Of a stretch of DNA of 57,096 nt, positions 43,530-52,752 are shown piece by piece. Position numbers and translations under genes: made by a program. The DNA comes from Acutalibacteraceae bacterium (lineage in GTDB: Bacteria; Bacillota; Clostridia; Oscillospirales; Acutalibacteraceae), in assembly GCA_051881715.1 (NCBI GenBank), contig JBJEQK010000010.1, forward strand, positions 1 through 57,096. The letters are read 5' to 3'. Numbering within the stretch: the first letter of the stretch is position 1; every line of letters begins with the position of its first letter. Below the pieces are notes generated by a model that saw only the letters and a program-made list of their open reading frames with translations, was not told the DNA's origin and did no database searches.

Positions 43530-46500
43530 TTATTCCACCAATACGACATTCTTTTCCCCGAGAATGCTTCGCAGTTCCCGAAGCAAGGGTTCATTCACAT
43601 CCAGACAACACTCCACAGGACGCGGATCATATTTGCCTGTGTCGGTATAATAATAGTATAACCGGGTATTTCCCTCAAAAATACGCATCAGTTTTTCTGC
43701 CCGGACACGCTCGGGACAGTGCTGGGTCGGCAGGCGGAGAAACAATCCCCTGCGCCGCTTCGAGCTTTGAGGGGCTGCCGCTGTCTGCGGAACTTTTTCC
43801 GCTGCAAAGGGTTCCATGTGGTCGCACACCACCTTGGGATCCTCGTCCTCGCGAATGCTGGCTTTGCCGTAAATCAGCACGATTTTTCCCTCGGCAATAA
43901 AGGCACCGCACTCGGACAGTGTTTTCGGAAACACCAGCGTTTCCACAGCGCCGGTCATATCCTCCACCGTAATAAACGCCATAGTCGCATTGCTTTTGGT
44001 GATTTTCTTTTTGACGGAAGTAATGATGCCCAGCACCTTTACCGGGCGATTGTCCGCCGCAGACTCTGCGCTGAGGATACTACTCACCGTATCCGCGTGC
44101 AGTGCCGCAGCCTCACGGACATATTTTGCCATGGGATGCCCGGAAATATAAAGCCCCGTCACCTCTTTTTCCATCGAGAGCAGTTCCTCATGCGCCAGCT
44201 CCTTCGCCTCTGGCGGCTGAGGCTCCGCCTCCGTAACGCCTGCCACATCGAAAAATCCCATCTGTCCGTCGATGCTGCGCCGCCGCGTATCGTCCAAACT
44301 CTCCATGACCTGCGGCAGCATCAGCAGCATCTGGTGACGGTTGGCACCCAGTCCGTCCAATGCGCCGCATTTAATGAGACTTTCTGCGGCACGCCGGTTA
44401 AACTCCTTGCCGTGCAGGCGCTTGCAGAATGTATAGAATGTTTTGTACGGTCCGCCTCTTTCCCGCTCGGCGATGATCTGGCGGATGAAGCCTTTGCCCA
44501 GATTCTTGATCGCCAGCAGACCAAACCGAATGCCGCTCCCGCTGACGGTAAAGCGTTCAAAGCTCTCGTTCACGCTCGGCGGCAAAACCTGAATTTGCAG
44601 TCTGGTGCATTCGGCGATATATCCGGCGACTTTATCCGTGCGATCCAGCACACTGCTGAGGATCGCCGCCAAAAACTCCTTGGGATATTTATTTTTCAGC
44701 CACGCCGTTTGGTATGCGATGTACGCATACGCCGCCGCATGGGATTTGTTGAAGGCATAGGACGCAAAAGAGGACATATCGTCGAAAATGCTGTTTGCCG
44801 TCCGTGCATCCACACCGCGGCGAACAGCGCCTTCCACCTCCACCGTACCGTCCTCTTTCGTAAGTCCGTGGATAAAGACCTCCCGCTCCCGCTCCATGAC
44901 GTCATGCTTTTTCTTGCTCATGGCGCGGCGAACGATGTCCGCGCGCCCGAAGGAATATCCCGCCAGCTTCTGAAAGATCTGCATGACCTGTTCCTGATAG
45001 ACCATGCATCCGTAGGTCACGTCCAAAATACTTTCCAAGAGCGGCGTCTTGTAGGACACCCGTTCCGGATGGTGACGGTTTTCAATATAGGTCGGGATGG
45101 AATCCATGGGACCCGGACGGTACAGGGAGATCACGGCGATCAAATCCTCCAGACTTTCCGGCTCCAGTCCCATCAGCGTTGCCCGCATACCGGGAGATTC
45201 AAACTGGAAAACGCCCTCGGTCATGCCGCCCGACAGCATGGCAAAGACGTCTTTGTCCTGAAAATCGATCTTTTGCAGATCAAAGTCCGGCTCATGCACA
45301 CGAATCATCTGGACGGCGTCGTTGATCACCGTCAGATTGCGCAAACCCAAAAAGTCCATTTTCAGCAGTCCCAGTTCCTCCAATGTGGTCATGGTAAACT
45401 GGGTCACAACAACATCGTCGTTCATCGCCAGCGGCACATAGGTCGCCACAGGATCCCGTGCGATCACGACACCTGCCGCATGGGTGGATGTGTTGCGGGG
45501 CATTCCCTCCACACTGCGGGCAGTGTCCACAAGATCCTTGATCTGCGGGTTCGTATTGTACAGGTCGGCAAGCTCTTTGGACTTTTCCAAAGCCTTGTCG
45601 ATGGTCATTTTCAGCTCATTCGGAACCAGCTTCGCCACCTGATCCACGGTTCCGTAAGGCAATCCGAGCACACGTCCCACATCCCGAATGGCCGCCCTCG
45701 CCGCCAGCGTGCCGAAGGTTACGATTTGGGCAACGTGGTCGTAGCCGTACTTGCGGTTGACGTATTCGATCACCTCCGCGCGCCGCTCGATGCAGAAATC
45801 CACGTCAAAGTCCGGCATACTGACACGCTCGGGATTGAGGAAACGCTCAAACAAAAGGTTGTACTTCATCGGATCGATGCCCGTGATCCCGATACAGTAC
45901 GCCGCAAGACTCCCTGCGCCGCTTCCACGCCCGGGACCTACAGGGATGCCGTTGTCTTTGGCATACTGGATGAAGTCATGCACGATCAGGAAATAGTCCA
46001 CATAGCCCATTTTCTGAATCACGCCCAGCTCATAGTCCAGACGCTCCACATATTCCTGCGGTGGGTTGTCCCCGTAGCGGCGGAACAGTCCCAGATAGCA
46101 CTTCTCGGAGAACCACTCAAAATGATCCCGTCCGTCCGGGACATCGAAATGCGGGATCTTCGTTTTGCCGAATTCAAAGGTGACATTGCACCGCTCGGCG
46201 ATGTCCGCCGTATTGCTCACTGCCTGCGGGCAAAGAGGAAACAGCGGCACCATCTCCGCTTCGCTCTTGACATACAGCTCGTCCGACGAAAACTCCAGTC
46301 CCGTGTCGTCTCCAAGCTGGTGGTTGGTGGCAATGCAGATCAGCACCTGCTGTGTGCGGGAATCCTCCCGCCGTATATAGTGCGCATCATTGGTCGCCGC
46401 AAGAGGGATGCCCGTTTCCTCGGACAGGCGCACCAGCAGCGGATTGATTTCCAGCTGTTCGCGCAGACCGTGATTTTGTATTTCCAGATAATAGTTTCCT

Positions 46501-47000
46501 TCGCCGAAAATATCCCGATATCGCAGGGCAACTGTTTTCGCTTCTTCGTAGTCCCCTCTCTGCAATGCCTTGGACACTTCGCCGAACATACAGCCCGAAA
46601 GGGCGATCAATCCCTCATGATGCTCCCGAAGCAGTTCCAGGTCAATGCGGGGTTTTACATAAAAGCCCGTTGTCCAACTCTCCGAGACCATGGCGATCAG
46701 GTTTTGGTAGCCCACATTGTTTTCGCACAGCAAAATCAGATGAAACCGTTCGCTGTCGGGTCCGTGAAGCTTGTCGTGTCTGGAGCGGGGCGCCACATAG
46801 CACTCGCAGCCGATGATCGGCTTGATTCCCCGTTCCAGCGCAGCCTTATAAAAATCAATCACGCCGTACATGACGCCGTGATCGGTAATTGCCATGGCGG
46901 TCTGCCCCAGCTCCTTGGCACGATCCAGTGCTGCGCCGATGCGGCAGGCGCCGTCCAGCAGACTGTATTGGGTATGCAGATGTAAATGCACAAACGCCAT
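43530..47000 (-). CDS. dnaE: DNA polymerase III alpha subunit (DnaE type)
   Basis: PHP domain start MAFVHLHLHTQYSLLDGA, polymerase core (GPGRGSGAGSLAAYCIGIT, PDFDVDF), and a C-terminal OB fold. 1156 aa. Confidence 0.95.
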   Translation of the reverse strand: MAFVHLHLHTQYSLLDGACRIGAALDRAKELGQTAMAITDHGVMYGVIDFYKAALERGIKPIIGCECYVAPRSRHDKLHGPDSERFHLILLCENNVGYQNLIAMVSESWTTGFYVKPRIDLELLREHHEGLIALSGCMFGEVSKALQRGDYEEAKTVALRYRDIFGEGNYYLEIQNHGLREQLEINPLLVRLSEETGIPLAATNDAHYIRREDSRTQQVLICIATNHQLGDDTGLEFSSDELYVKSEAEMVPLFPLCPQAVSNTADIAERCNVTFEFGKTKIPHFDVPDGRDHFEWFSEKCYLGLFRRYGDNPPQEYVERLDYELGVIQKMGYVDYFLIVHDFIQYAKDNGIPVGPGRGSGAGSLAAYCIGITGIDPMKYNLLFERFLNPERVSMPDFDVDFCIERRAEVIEYVNRKYGYDHVAQIVTFGTLAARAAIRDVGRVLGLPYGTVDQVAKLVPNELKMTIDKALEKSKELADLYNTNPQIKDLVDTARSVEGMPRNTSTHAAGVVIARDPVATYVPLAMNDDVVVTQFTMTTLEELGLLKMDFLGLRNLTVINDAVQMIRVHEPDFDLQKIDFQDKDVFAMLSGGMTEGVFQFESPGMRATLMGLEPESLEDLIAVISLYRPGPMDSIPTYIENRHHPERVSYKTPLLESILDVTYGCMVYQEQVMQIFQKLAGYSFGRADIVRRAMSKKKHDVMEREREVFIHGLTKEDGTVEVEGAVRRGVDARTANSIFDDMSSFASYAFNKSHAAAYAYIAYQTAWLKNKYPKEFLAAILSSVLDRTDKVAGYIAECTRLQIQVLPPSVNESFERFTVSGSGIRFGLLAIKNLGKGFIRQIIAERERGGPYKTFYTFCKRLHGKEFNRRAAESLIKCGALDGLGANRHQMLLMLPQVMESLDDTRRRSIDGQMGFFDVAGVTEAEPQPPEAKELAHEELLSMEKEVTGLYISGHPMAKYVREAAALHADTVSSILSAESAADNRPVKVLGIITSVKKKITKSNATMAFITVEDMTGAVETLVFPKTLSECGAFIAEGKIVLIYGKASIREDEDPKVVCDHMEPFAAEKVPQTAAAPQSSKRRRGLFLRLPTQHCPERVRAEKLMRIFEGNTRLYYYYTDTGKYDPRPVECCLDVNEPLLRELRSILGEKNVVLVE

Positions 47001-47013
47001 ACCGCCGTCTCCT

Positions 47014-47907
47014 TTACTCGATTTCTTTGGCGATCTGCACCAGCCGGTTCAGCCGATGATTGATCCCGGAGCGGGAAAGCTTGCCTTGCAGAACTTCCTC
47101 CAGCTCATTGAGAGAGGCTTCCGGGTTGTCGAGCCGAATTTGAGCGATCTCCCGAAGCCCATCGGAAAGTGTGTCCAGTCCCACGGCGGCATCAATTTTG
47201 CGGATAGCTTCCAGCTGCAATGCGCCGGCGTTGACACAGCGGTCGATGTTCGCCGTTTCAAAGTTGATGCGGCGATTGACATGGTTGCGCAGATCCTTGT
47301 CGATCTTGACGCCGATCAGCTTGAGCGTGGAATTCGTCGCACCCATCAGCGTCAGCAGATCCTCGATGCTCTCGCTGTCCTTAAAGTAAACCACATGGTA
47401 TCCCTTGCGCACGACCTGCTTTGGATGAAAGCCGATCTCCTCCAAAAGCGTGCAAAGATCGCCGGTCAGTTTCAAAAACGGCACAACAAACTCCAAATGA
47501 TAATTTTTTTCCGGCGTGCTGACTGTACCGCAGGATAAAAAGACACCGCGCAGAAACGCCGAGAAACAGCAGTCCTGGGCAAGATTGGCACGGTTGATCC
47601 GCAGGGATGCTTCCCCTGTACCGTGACCGAACGCGGCCAGAACCTTTTTACGCTGTGCCGACATGGGCACCTGCACAATGGCCATTTTGCCCTCCTGCGC
47701 CGTATACTCCGGCTCTTCCCCCAGAATTTCCCGAATACACCGGGCGTAACGCTCGGAAACCTGCCGGTTTTCTGCCGCAAAAGAGAGAGAAGAAACCGAA
47801 AAGCTCCTGCCGAACAGGAGCAGTCCGTACGCCTCGGCGTGCTTGCAGCAGTCCGAGACGATGGGTATAGACAGCAGTTCTTTTTTCACGTCGGAAGAAA
47901 ATGACAT
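47014..47907 (-). CDS. whiA: DNA-binding sporulation/cell-division regulator WhiA
   Basis: Start at MSFSSDVKKELLSIP. LAGLIDADG-derived domains and the C-terminal HTH LSRSGINHRLNRLVQIA are present. Confidence 0.9.
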   Translation of the reverse strand: MSFSSDVKKELLSIPIVSDCCKHAEAYGLLLFGRSFSVSSLSFAAENRQVSERYARCIREILGEEPEYTAQEGKMAIVQVPMSAQRKKVLAAFGHGTGEASLRINRANLAQDCCFSAFLRGVFLSCGTVSTPEKNYHLEFVVPFLKLTGDLCTLLEEIGFHPKQVVRKGYHVVYFKDSESIEDLLTLMGATNSTLKLIGVKIDKDLRNHVNRRINFETANIDRCVNAGALQLEAIRKIDAAVGLDTLSDGLREIAQIRLDNPEASLNELEEVLQGKLSRSGINHRLNRLVQIAKEIE

Positions 47908-47955
47908 CCTGATCACCTTTAAGGCAACACCGCACAATTAGGGTGTGCGGAAAAC

Positions 47956-48813
47956 TTATTTTGTAATATCCCGATGATTGACCGAGCAAAGCAGTCCGTT
48001 TTGCATCAAATGCTGGTTCAGCTTCTCCGTGAATACCACAGAGCGGTGCCGCCCGCCGGAACAGCCGATAGCGATCACCAACTGCGTTTTGCCCTCCTTT
48101 TCGTACAAGGGGACTAAAAAGTCGATCATGTCGTAAAGCTTCGTGAGCATCGTCTGCGCCACGTCCCACTTCAGGACATACTCCCGCACAGGCGCCTCCA
48201 ATCCTGTATGCTCCTTCAGCTCGTCCACATAAAAGGGATTTGGCAGACACCGCACGTCAAACATCAGATCCGCATCCGTCGGCACACCGTGTTTAAAGCC
48301 GAAGGACATACAGTGTATATGCATTTTCGTGGACGGATTCTCCAAAAACAGCGCCGCGATCCGCTCCCGGCAGTCCTTGGGCGAGAGGTGCGAGGTGTCG
48401 ATGATGTAATCCGCGCACTGGATCGCAGGACGCAGACGCTCCCGCTCCAAGGTGATGGCTTCATTCAGCAGTCCGTTGCAAAGCTCAGCAAGGGGATGTT
48501 TGCGCCGCGTGAGCTTGTAGCGGCTTTGCAGTGTTTCATCGTCCGCCGTGACAAACAGAAGCTTGTATGCAATGTGCGCCGCCTTCATTTCCGACAGACA
48601 CTGCGCCAAAGAATCCGCAGAAAGACCCGCCCGAATATCGGTCACAACGGCAATTTTATCCCGCTGTTCCTTGGAATTCAGGATAAGCTGGATAAACGTC
48701 GGGATCAGCTTCGGCGGCATATTGTCCACGCAGAAAAAGCCGATATCCTCCAAAGCGTCGATCACTCTGGATTTGCCTGCCCCCGAAAGTCCTGTGACAA
48801 GGATCAGTTCCAT
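47956..48813 (-). CDS. rapZ: RNase adapter / nucleotide-binding protein RapZ (YvcJ)
   Basis: Start at MELILVTGLSGAGKSRVIDALEDIGFFCVDNMP. C-terminal AIGCSGGRHRSV motif. Confidence 0.9.
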   Translation of the reverse strand: MELILVTGLSGAGKSRVIDALEDIGFFCVDNMPPKLIPTFIQLILNSKEQRDKIAVVTDIRAGLSADSLAQCLSEMKAAHIAYKLLFVTADDETLQSRYKLTRRKHPLAELCNGLLNEAITLERERLRPAIQCADYIIDTSHLSPKDCRERIAALFLENPSTKMHIHCMSFGFKHGVPTDADLMFDVRCLPNPFYVDELKEHTGLEAPVREYVLKWDVAQTMLTKLYDMIDFLVPLYEKEGKTQLVIAIGCSGGRHRSVVFTEKLNQHLMQNGLLCSVNHRDITK

Positions 48814-48970
48814 TGTGCGGCACATCCCTTCATTTGGAAATATATTTAAGGCAACACCGCACAAATTGCGGCGCACGCCTTGCTTGAATCTTATTCCGTC
48901 AGCTTACACAAAAATCCCTTGACTTGCGTCAGCAAGTCGGCGGTCTTTCTGTGCAACCTGACGAAAAATC

Positions 48971-49903
48971 TTACTTTGCAATTCGCACACCCCAATTGTG
49001 CGGTATTGCCTTGATCTCCGGCTCGAGCAGGACGCCTGTCTGTCCCTGAACCGTTTTTTGAATATACTCGACAAGGCGCAGCACGTCCCTTGCGGATGCG
49101 CCGCCCCGGTTGACGATGAACCCGGCGTGTTTCTCGCTGACCTGTGCGCCGCCGACAGCGAAGCCTTTCAGCCCGCACTGCTCGATCAGCGCACCGGCAA
49201 AATGCCCTTGGGGACGTTTGAATGCGGAGCCTGCGCTGGGGAAATTCAACGGCTGCTTCTCTTTGCGCCTGGAAAGGATGTCGTCCATCCTTGCGCGGAT
49301 CTGTGCACTGTCTCCCTTTTGCAGGGAAATCAGGGCAGACGAAACGACCCAGCCGTTTTTTTGCAAAATGCTGGTTCTGTAGTCAAACGCCAGCTCTTTT
49401 GCAGAGAGGGTGTGCTCTTTGCCCGCTTTGTCGATGCAGATACAGGACGCCACCACATCTTTCATCTCTCCGCCGTAGGCGCCTGCGTTCATAAACACAG
49501 CGCCGCCCACGGAACCGGGGATGCCGTAGGCAAACTCCAAACCGGTCAGGGAGCTGTTCAGCGCAGCCATGCACAGCTTTACCAGCGGCAGTCCGGCTTC
49601 GCACTCGATCTGCGTGTCGGAAACCTGTTGGCACGAGAGCATTCTGTCCGTGCAGATCGTCACGCCCGCAAGACCGCTGTCTGCAATGAGCAAATTGCTG
49701 CCCTTGCCCAGTATAAACGGCTGTGTGTCCACCTGCGCACAGAACGCCAGCAACTGCCGCAGCATCTCCCGACTGCTGGGAAACAGCATCAGCTCCGCCG
49801 GTCCGCCGATGTGAAAGGTGGTGTAGGCAGACAGCGGCTCGCCCTCCTTGAAGGCACAGTGTATGGATGCGGCAAAGTCACGGAATTGTTCTGTTACAGA
49901 CAC
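48971..49903 (-). CDS. murB: UDP-N-acetylenolpyruvoylglucosamine reductase
   Basis: TTFHIGGPAEL, GKGSNLL, AYGIPGSVGGAVFMNAGAYGGE, and SAGSAFKRP. Confidence 0.9.
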   Translation of the reverse strand: MSVTEQFRDFAASIHCAFKEGEPLSAYTTFHIGGPAELMLFPSSREMLRQLLAFCAQVDTQPFILGKGSNLLIADSGLAGVTICTDRMLSCQQVSDTQIECEAGLPLVKLCMAALNSSLTGLEFAYGIPGSVGGAVFMNAGAYGGEMKDVVASCICIDKAGKEHTLSAKELAFDYRTSILQKNGWVVSSALISLQKGDSAQIRARMDDILSRRKEKQPLNFPSAGSAFKRPQGHFAGALIEQCGLKGFAVGGAQVSEKHAGFIVNRGGASARDVLRLVEYIQKTVQGQTGVLLEPEIKAIPHNWGVRIAK

Positions 49904-49927
49904 AAAAAGCCCCCCAGAAAAATAAGA

Positions 49928-50878
49928 TTAGCAATTCAGCAGTGCGGCGCCGTAAATACCAGCGTCATTGCCCAGCTCGGCCACGACGATCTTTGTCTGG
50001 CGCTTGGCATGGATGCTGTAACGCTCACGCTCCACCATCTTGCGCAGCGGCGCCAGAAGCGACTCGCCCTGATTGCAGATACCGCCGCCGATGCATACGA
50101 TCTCCGGCTGGAAAATGTTCACAACATTGGTAAGTCCCATCGCAAGATAGTATATGTAATTGTCCACCACTTCTTTCGCCGCCGCATCGCCCTTTTCCAT
50201 GGCGTCAAAGGCTGTGCGTCCCGAAACGTTGAAAATGGAATTGTCGCACAGATCCCACATCACGGAGTCGTGGTGGTGCTTCATGGCATCCTTCGTCTGT
50301 GCAATCAGCGCCGTTGCGGACGAGTAGCACTCCCAGCAGCCGCGCCGACCGCAGTTACACTGCGGACCATCCGTATGGATGACCATATGTCCCATCTCAC
50401 CGCCTGCAAAGTTGATGCCTGTCAAAACCTTGCCGTCGATGACGATACCGCTGCCGACGCCTGTACCCAGCGTGATCGCGATAAAGCTGGAAACGCCGTG
50501 GCCTGCGCCGACGATCGCTTCCCCCAGCGCCGCCGCATTGGCATCGTTGTCCAAATAAATGGGCATTTCCCCCAAGCGCTCCACAAGCATCTCTCTGGCA
50601 GGCACGTTGAAAAAGCGGAAGTTGTTGGAAAACTCAATAATTCCCGTGTCCTTGTTGATGGTACCGGGTGCACCGATGCCGATGCTCTGCACGTCTCCCA
50701 TGGTGATGCCGGCGTTTTTGACCGCAATGCGGCAGGCTTCGGCGATGTCGTCAAAAATCTCCTCTGCCGGTCTCGGCAGCTTTGTTTTCAGGTTGCCTCT
50801 GCCGACGATCTTCCTGTTTTCGTCCAAAACGCCGACCGCAATATTGGTTCCGCCCAAATCTACACCAATTCTATACAT
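49928..50878 (-). CDS. glk: ROK-family glucokinase
   Basis: IGVDLGGTNIAVGV, DNDANAAALGE, and the ROK zinc motif GHMVIHTDGPQCNCGRRGCWE. Confidence 0.85.
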   Translation of the reverse strand: MYRIGVDLGGTNIAVGVLDENRKIVGRGNLKTKLPRPAEEIFDDIAEACRIAVKNAGITMGDVQSIGIGAPGTINKDTGIIEFSNNFRFFNVPAREMLVERLGEMPIYLDNDANAAALGEAIVGAGHGVSSFIAITLGTGVGSGIVIDGKVLTGINFAGGEMGHMVIHTDGPQCNCGRRGCWECYSSATALIAQTKDAMKHHHDSVMWDLCDNSIFNVSGRTAFDAMEKGDAAAKEVVDNYIYYLAMGLTNVVNIFQPEIVCIGGGICNQGESLLAPLRKMVERERYSIHAKRQTKIVVAELGNDAGIYGAALLNC

Positions 50879-50911
50879 TTTTTGACTCCTCCGTTAATAT
50901 ATTCTATTGCA

Positions 50912-51880
50912 TCAGTCGCCCCACAGTTCCAGTTCCCGTTCCTGCGGCGCAAATTCTTCGTCTGTCATGCCGAGCTTGTGCAAAAGCTCTCTGGCGGCAT
51001 TGTAGCCCATCTTGCGCTGGCGGTTGTTCATGGCCGCCGCTTCGATGATAATGGAAAGGTTTCGTCCCGGGCAAACCGGCACCACCGTTACGGGCACCTT
51101 ATTGCCGAGGATCTCTGCGTAGTCCTCGTCCATGCCCAGCCGCTCATAGACCTTGTCCTTGTCCCACGGCTCCAGCTGAACGATCATGTCGATCTTCTCT
51201 GTCATCTTGACGGAGCCCATACCGAAAATGCGGCGGGCATTGATGATACCCACACCGCGAAGCTCCATAAAGTGGCGGATATTGTTGGGCGCCGAACCGA
51301 GAAGCGTCGTCGATGACACCTTGCGGATCTCGACGGCATCGTCGGCGATCAGTCTGTGACCGCGCTTGATCAGCTCCATGGCCGTTTCGCTCTTGCCGAT
51401 GCCGCTGTCGCCGAGGATCAGCACACCCTCGCCGTACACCTCGATCATCACCCCGTGGCGCACGATCCGTTCCGCCAGCTCACGGCTGAGATAGGGAATG
51501 ATCTCGGACATACAGCCGGAGGTGGAATTTGCCGTGCGGATCACAGGCACACTGTACTGATCCGCTAAGGTCAGCATTCCCTCCAAGCACGGCAGGCTCC
51601 GTGTCACGATAATCAGCGAGGGACGCTTTTCAAACAGGCGCTCCATGGCTTCGTACCGCTTTTCGGGCGTCAGGCTTTTCAGGTATTCCATTTCGTTCAA
51701 GCCCATGAACTGCGCACGCTTGCTGTCGAAATAGGCATCGTAGCCCACAAAGACCAGACCGGGTCGGTTGACCTCCTTGGAAGAGATGTAGATCTTTCCC
51801 GCTTCCTGCGGCAGGTACACCACCTCAAAGCGCAGATCGTCCATCATTTTTTTTAAAGAGACAGAATATTCACTCTGCAT
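50912..51880 (-). CDS. hprK: HPr kinase/phosphorylase
   Basis: Walker A-like LGDSGIGKSETAMELIKRGHRLIADD and the signature ELRGVGIINARRIFG. Confidence 0.9.
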   Translation of the reverse strand: MQSEYSVSLKKMMDDLRFEVVYLPQEAGKIYISSKEVNRPGLVFVGYDAYFDSKRAQFMGLNEMEYLKSLTPEKRYEAMERLFEKRPSLIIVTRSLPCLEGMLTLADQYSVPVIRTANSTSGCMSEIIPYLSRELAERIVRHGVMIEVYGEGVLILGDSGIGKSETAMELIKRGHRLIADDAVEIRKVSSTTLLGSAPNNIRHFMELRGVGIINARRIFGMGSVKMTEKIDMIVQLEPWDKDKVYERLGMDEDYAEILGNKVPVTVVPVCPGRNLSIIIEAAAMNNRQRKMGYNAARELLHKLGMTDEEFAPQERELELWGD

Positions 51881-51889
51881 CAGACCACC

Positions 51890-52540
51890 TCAAATTTGTT
51901 TTGCGTGATAGCGGATGGGTTTCGCCGGAACGCCGACCGCCGTGCAATGCGCCGGAATATCGCGCACAACAGCTGCCCCTGCACCGACAATGGAACCTTC
52001 CCCCACGGAAAGCCCCTGAATAATACTGCTGCCGACGCCCATCTCACAGCCTGCGCCGAGATGCACGCTGCCGGAAATATGCACACCGGGGTAAAGGGTG
52101 ACAAAGTCGTCCAGCCGTGCGTCATGGCCGATGTTGCAGCCGTTGCTGACCAGAACAAAATCGCCGAGGGCAATATCCACCGTGATGCTCGCACAAAAGC
52201 CGACGATACAGCCCTTGCCGAACCGCACACGGTCGGAGCATACAGCGCCCGGCGCGATCACCGTCGGGAAAGAAAGGTGCGGATTGCGGCACAGCTTTTC
52301 GTAGACCGCACGCCTTGCACAGGGACTTCCCAGCGCGAGCAATACGCAGGTATCGCTTTCGCGTGCGAGCAATCCGTCACAGTCGCACAGCACCGGGAAC
52401 CCGTCTGCCTGCTGTCCCTGCAGATGGTCGTCCGCGAAGCCGAGAATGCGATATTCTCCGCTGTGCTTGTTGTGTTCCTGCATCTGAAAAAGCATTTCCC
52501 GACCCAATCCGCCGGCGCCGAAAATGATCAGATCTTTCAA
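51890..52540 (-). CDS. NeuD/PglD-family sugar acetyltransferase (hexapeptide repeat)
   Basis: Rossmann-like N-terminus LIIFGAGGLGREM and a C-terminal LbH domain (IGHDARLDDFVTLYPGVHISGSVHLGAGCEMGVGSSI...). Confidence 0.8.
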   Translation of the reverse strand: MKDLIIFGAGGLGREMLFQMQEHNKHSGEYRILGFADDHLQGQQADGFPVLCDCDGLLARESDTCVLLALGSPCARRAVYEKLCRNPHLSFPTVIAPGAVCSDRVRFGKGCIVGFCASITVDIALGDFVLVSNGCNIGHDARLDDFVTLYPGVHISGSVHLGAGCEMGVGSSIIQGLSVGEGSIVGAGAAVVRDIPAHCTAVGVPAKPIRYHAKQI

Positions 52541-52683
52541 AAATCCACACTCCCGTCCATTATATAGTTGATTATACCAAAAGCCAAATTTAAAATCAAG
52601 ACCGCTGTTACAAATTGACGAAAAAATCTCCTTTTTTATCCATAATTTCTGTTATTTTTTTTCGTACAATTTGTCTGATTTTG

Positions 52684-52712
52684 TTGAATTATGCATCCGC
52701 CTGTGCTATAAT
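52684..52712 (+). promoter_or_regulatory. sigma-A promoter for the SGNH lipoprotein gene
   Basis: TTGAAT (52684-52689) - 17 nt - TATAAT (52707-52712), with an extended TG. Confidence 0.5.
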
Positions 52713-52752
52713 AATTTTCACATTTTGATTTGAAGTAAGGTTTGATATATAC

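Noticed and set aside
43719-46985. A 1088-aa ORF on the plus strand, antisense to dnaE.
   Set aside because: dnaE on the minus strand is unmistakable, with PHP domain, polymerase core and OB fold. The antisense product is an R/H/L/Q/G-rich sequence with no motifs. Stop codons in this antisense frame require sense codons TTA, CTA or TCA, which this GC-biased codon usage avoids. It is a shadow ORF.
48998-51316. A 772-aa plus-strand ORF spanning the antisense of murB, glk and hprK, including two intergenic gaps.
   Set aside because: All three minus-strand genes have clear family signatures and RBSs. The antisense translation has no recognisable domain and no RBS. It continues across the short gaps (24 and 33 nt) by chance.
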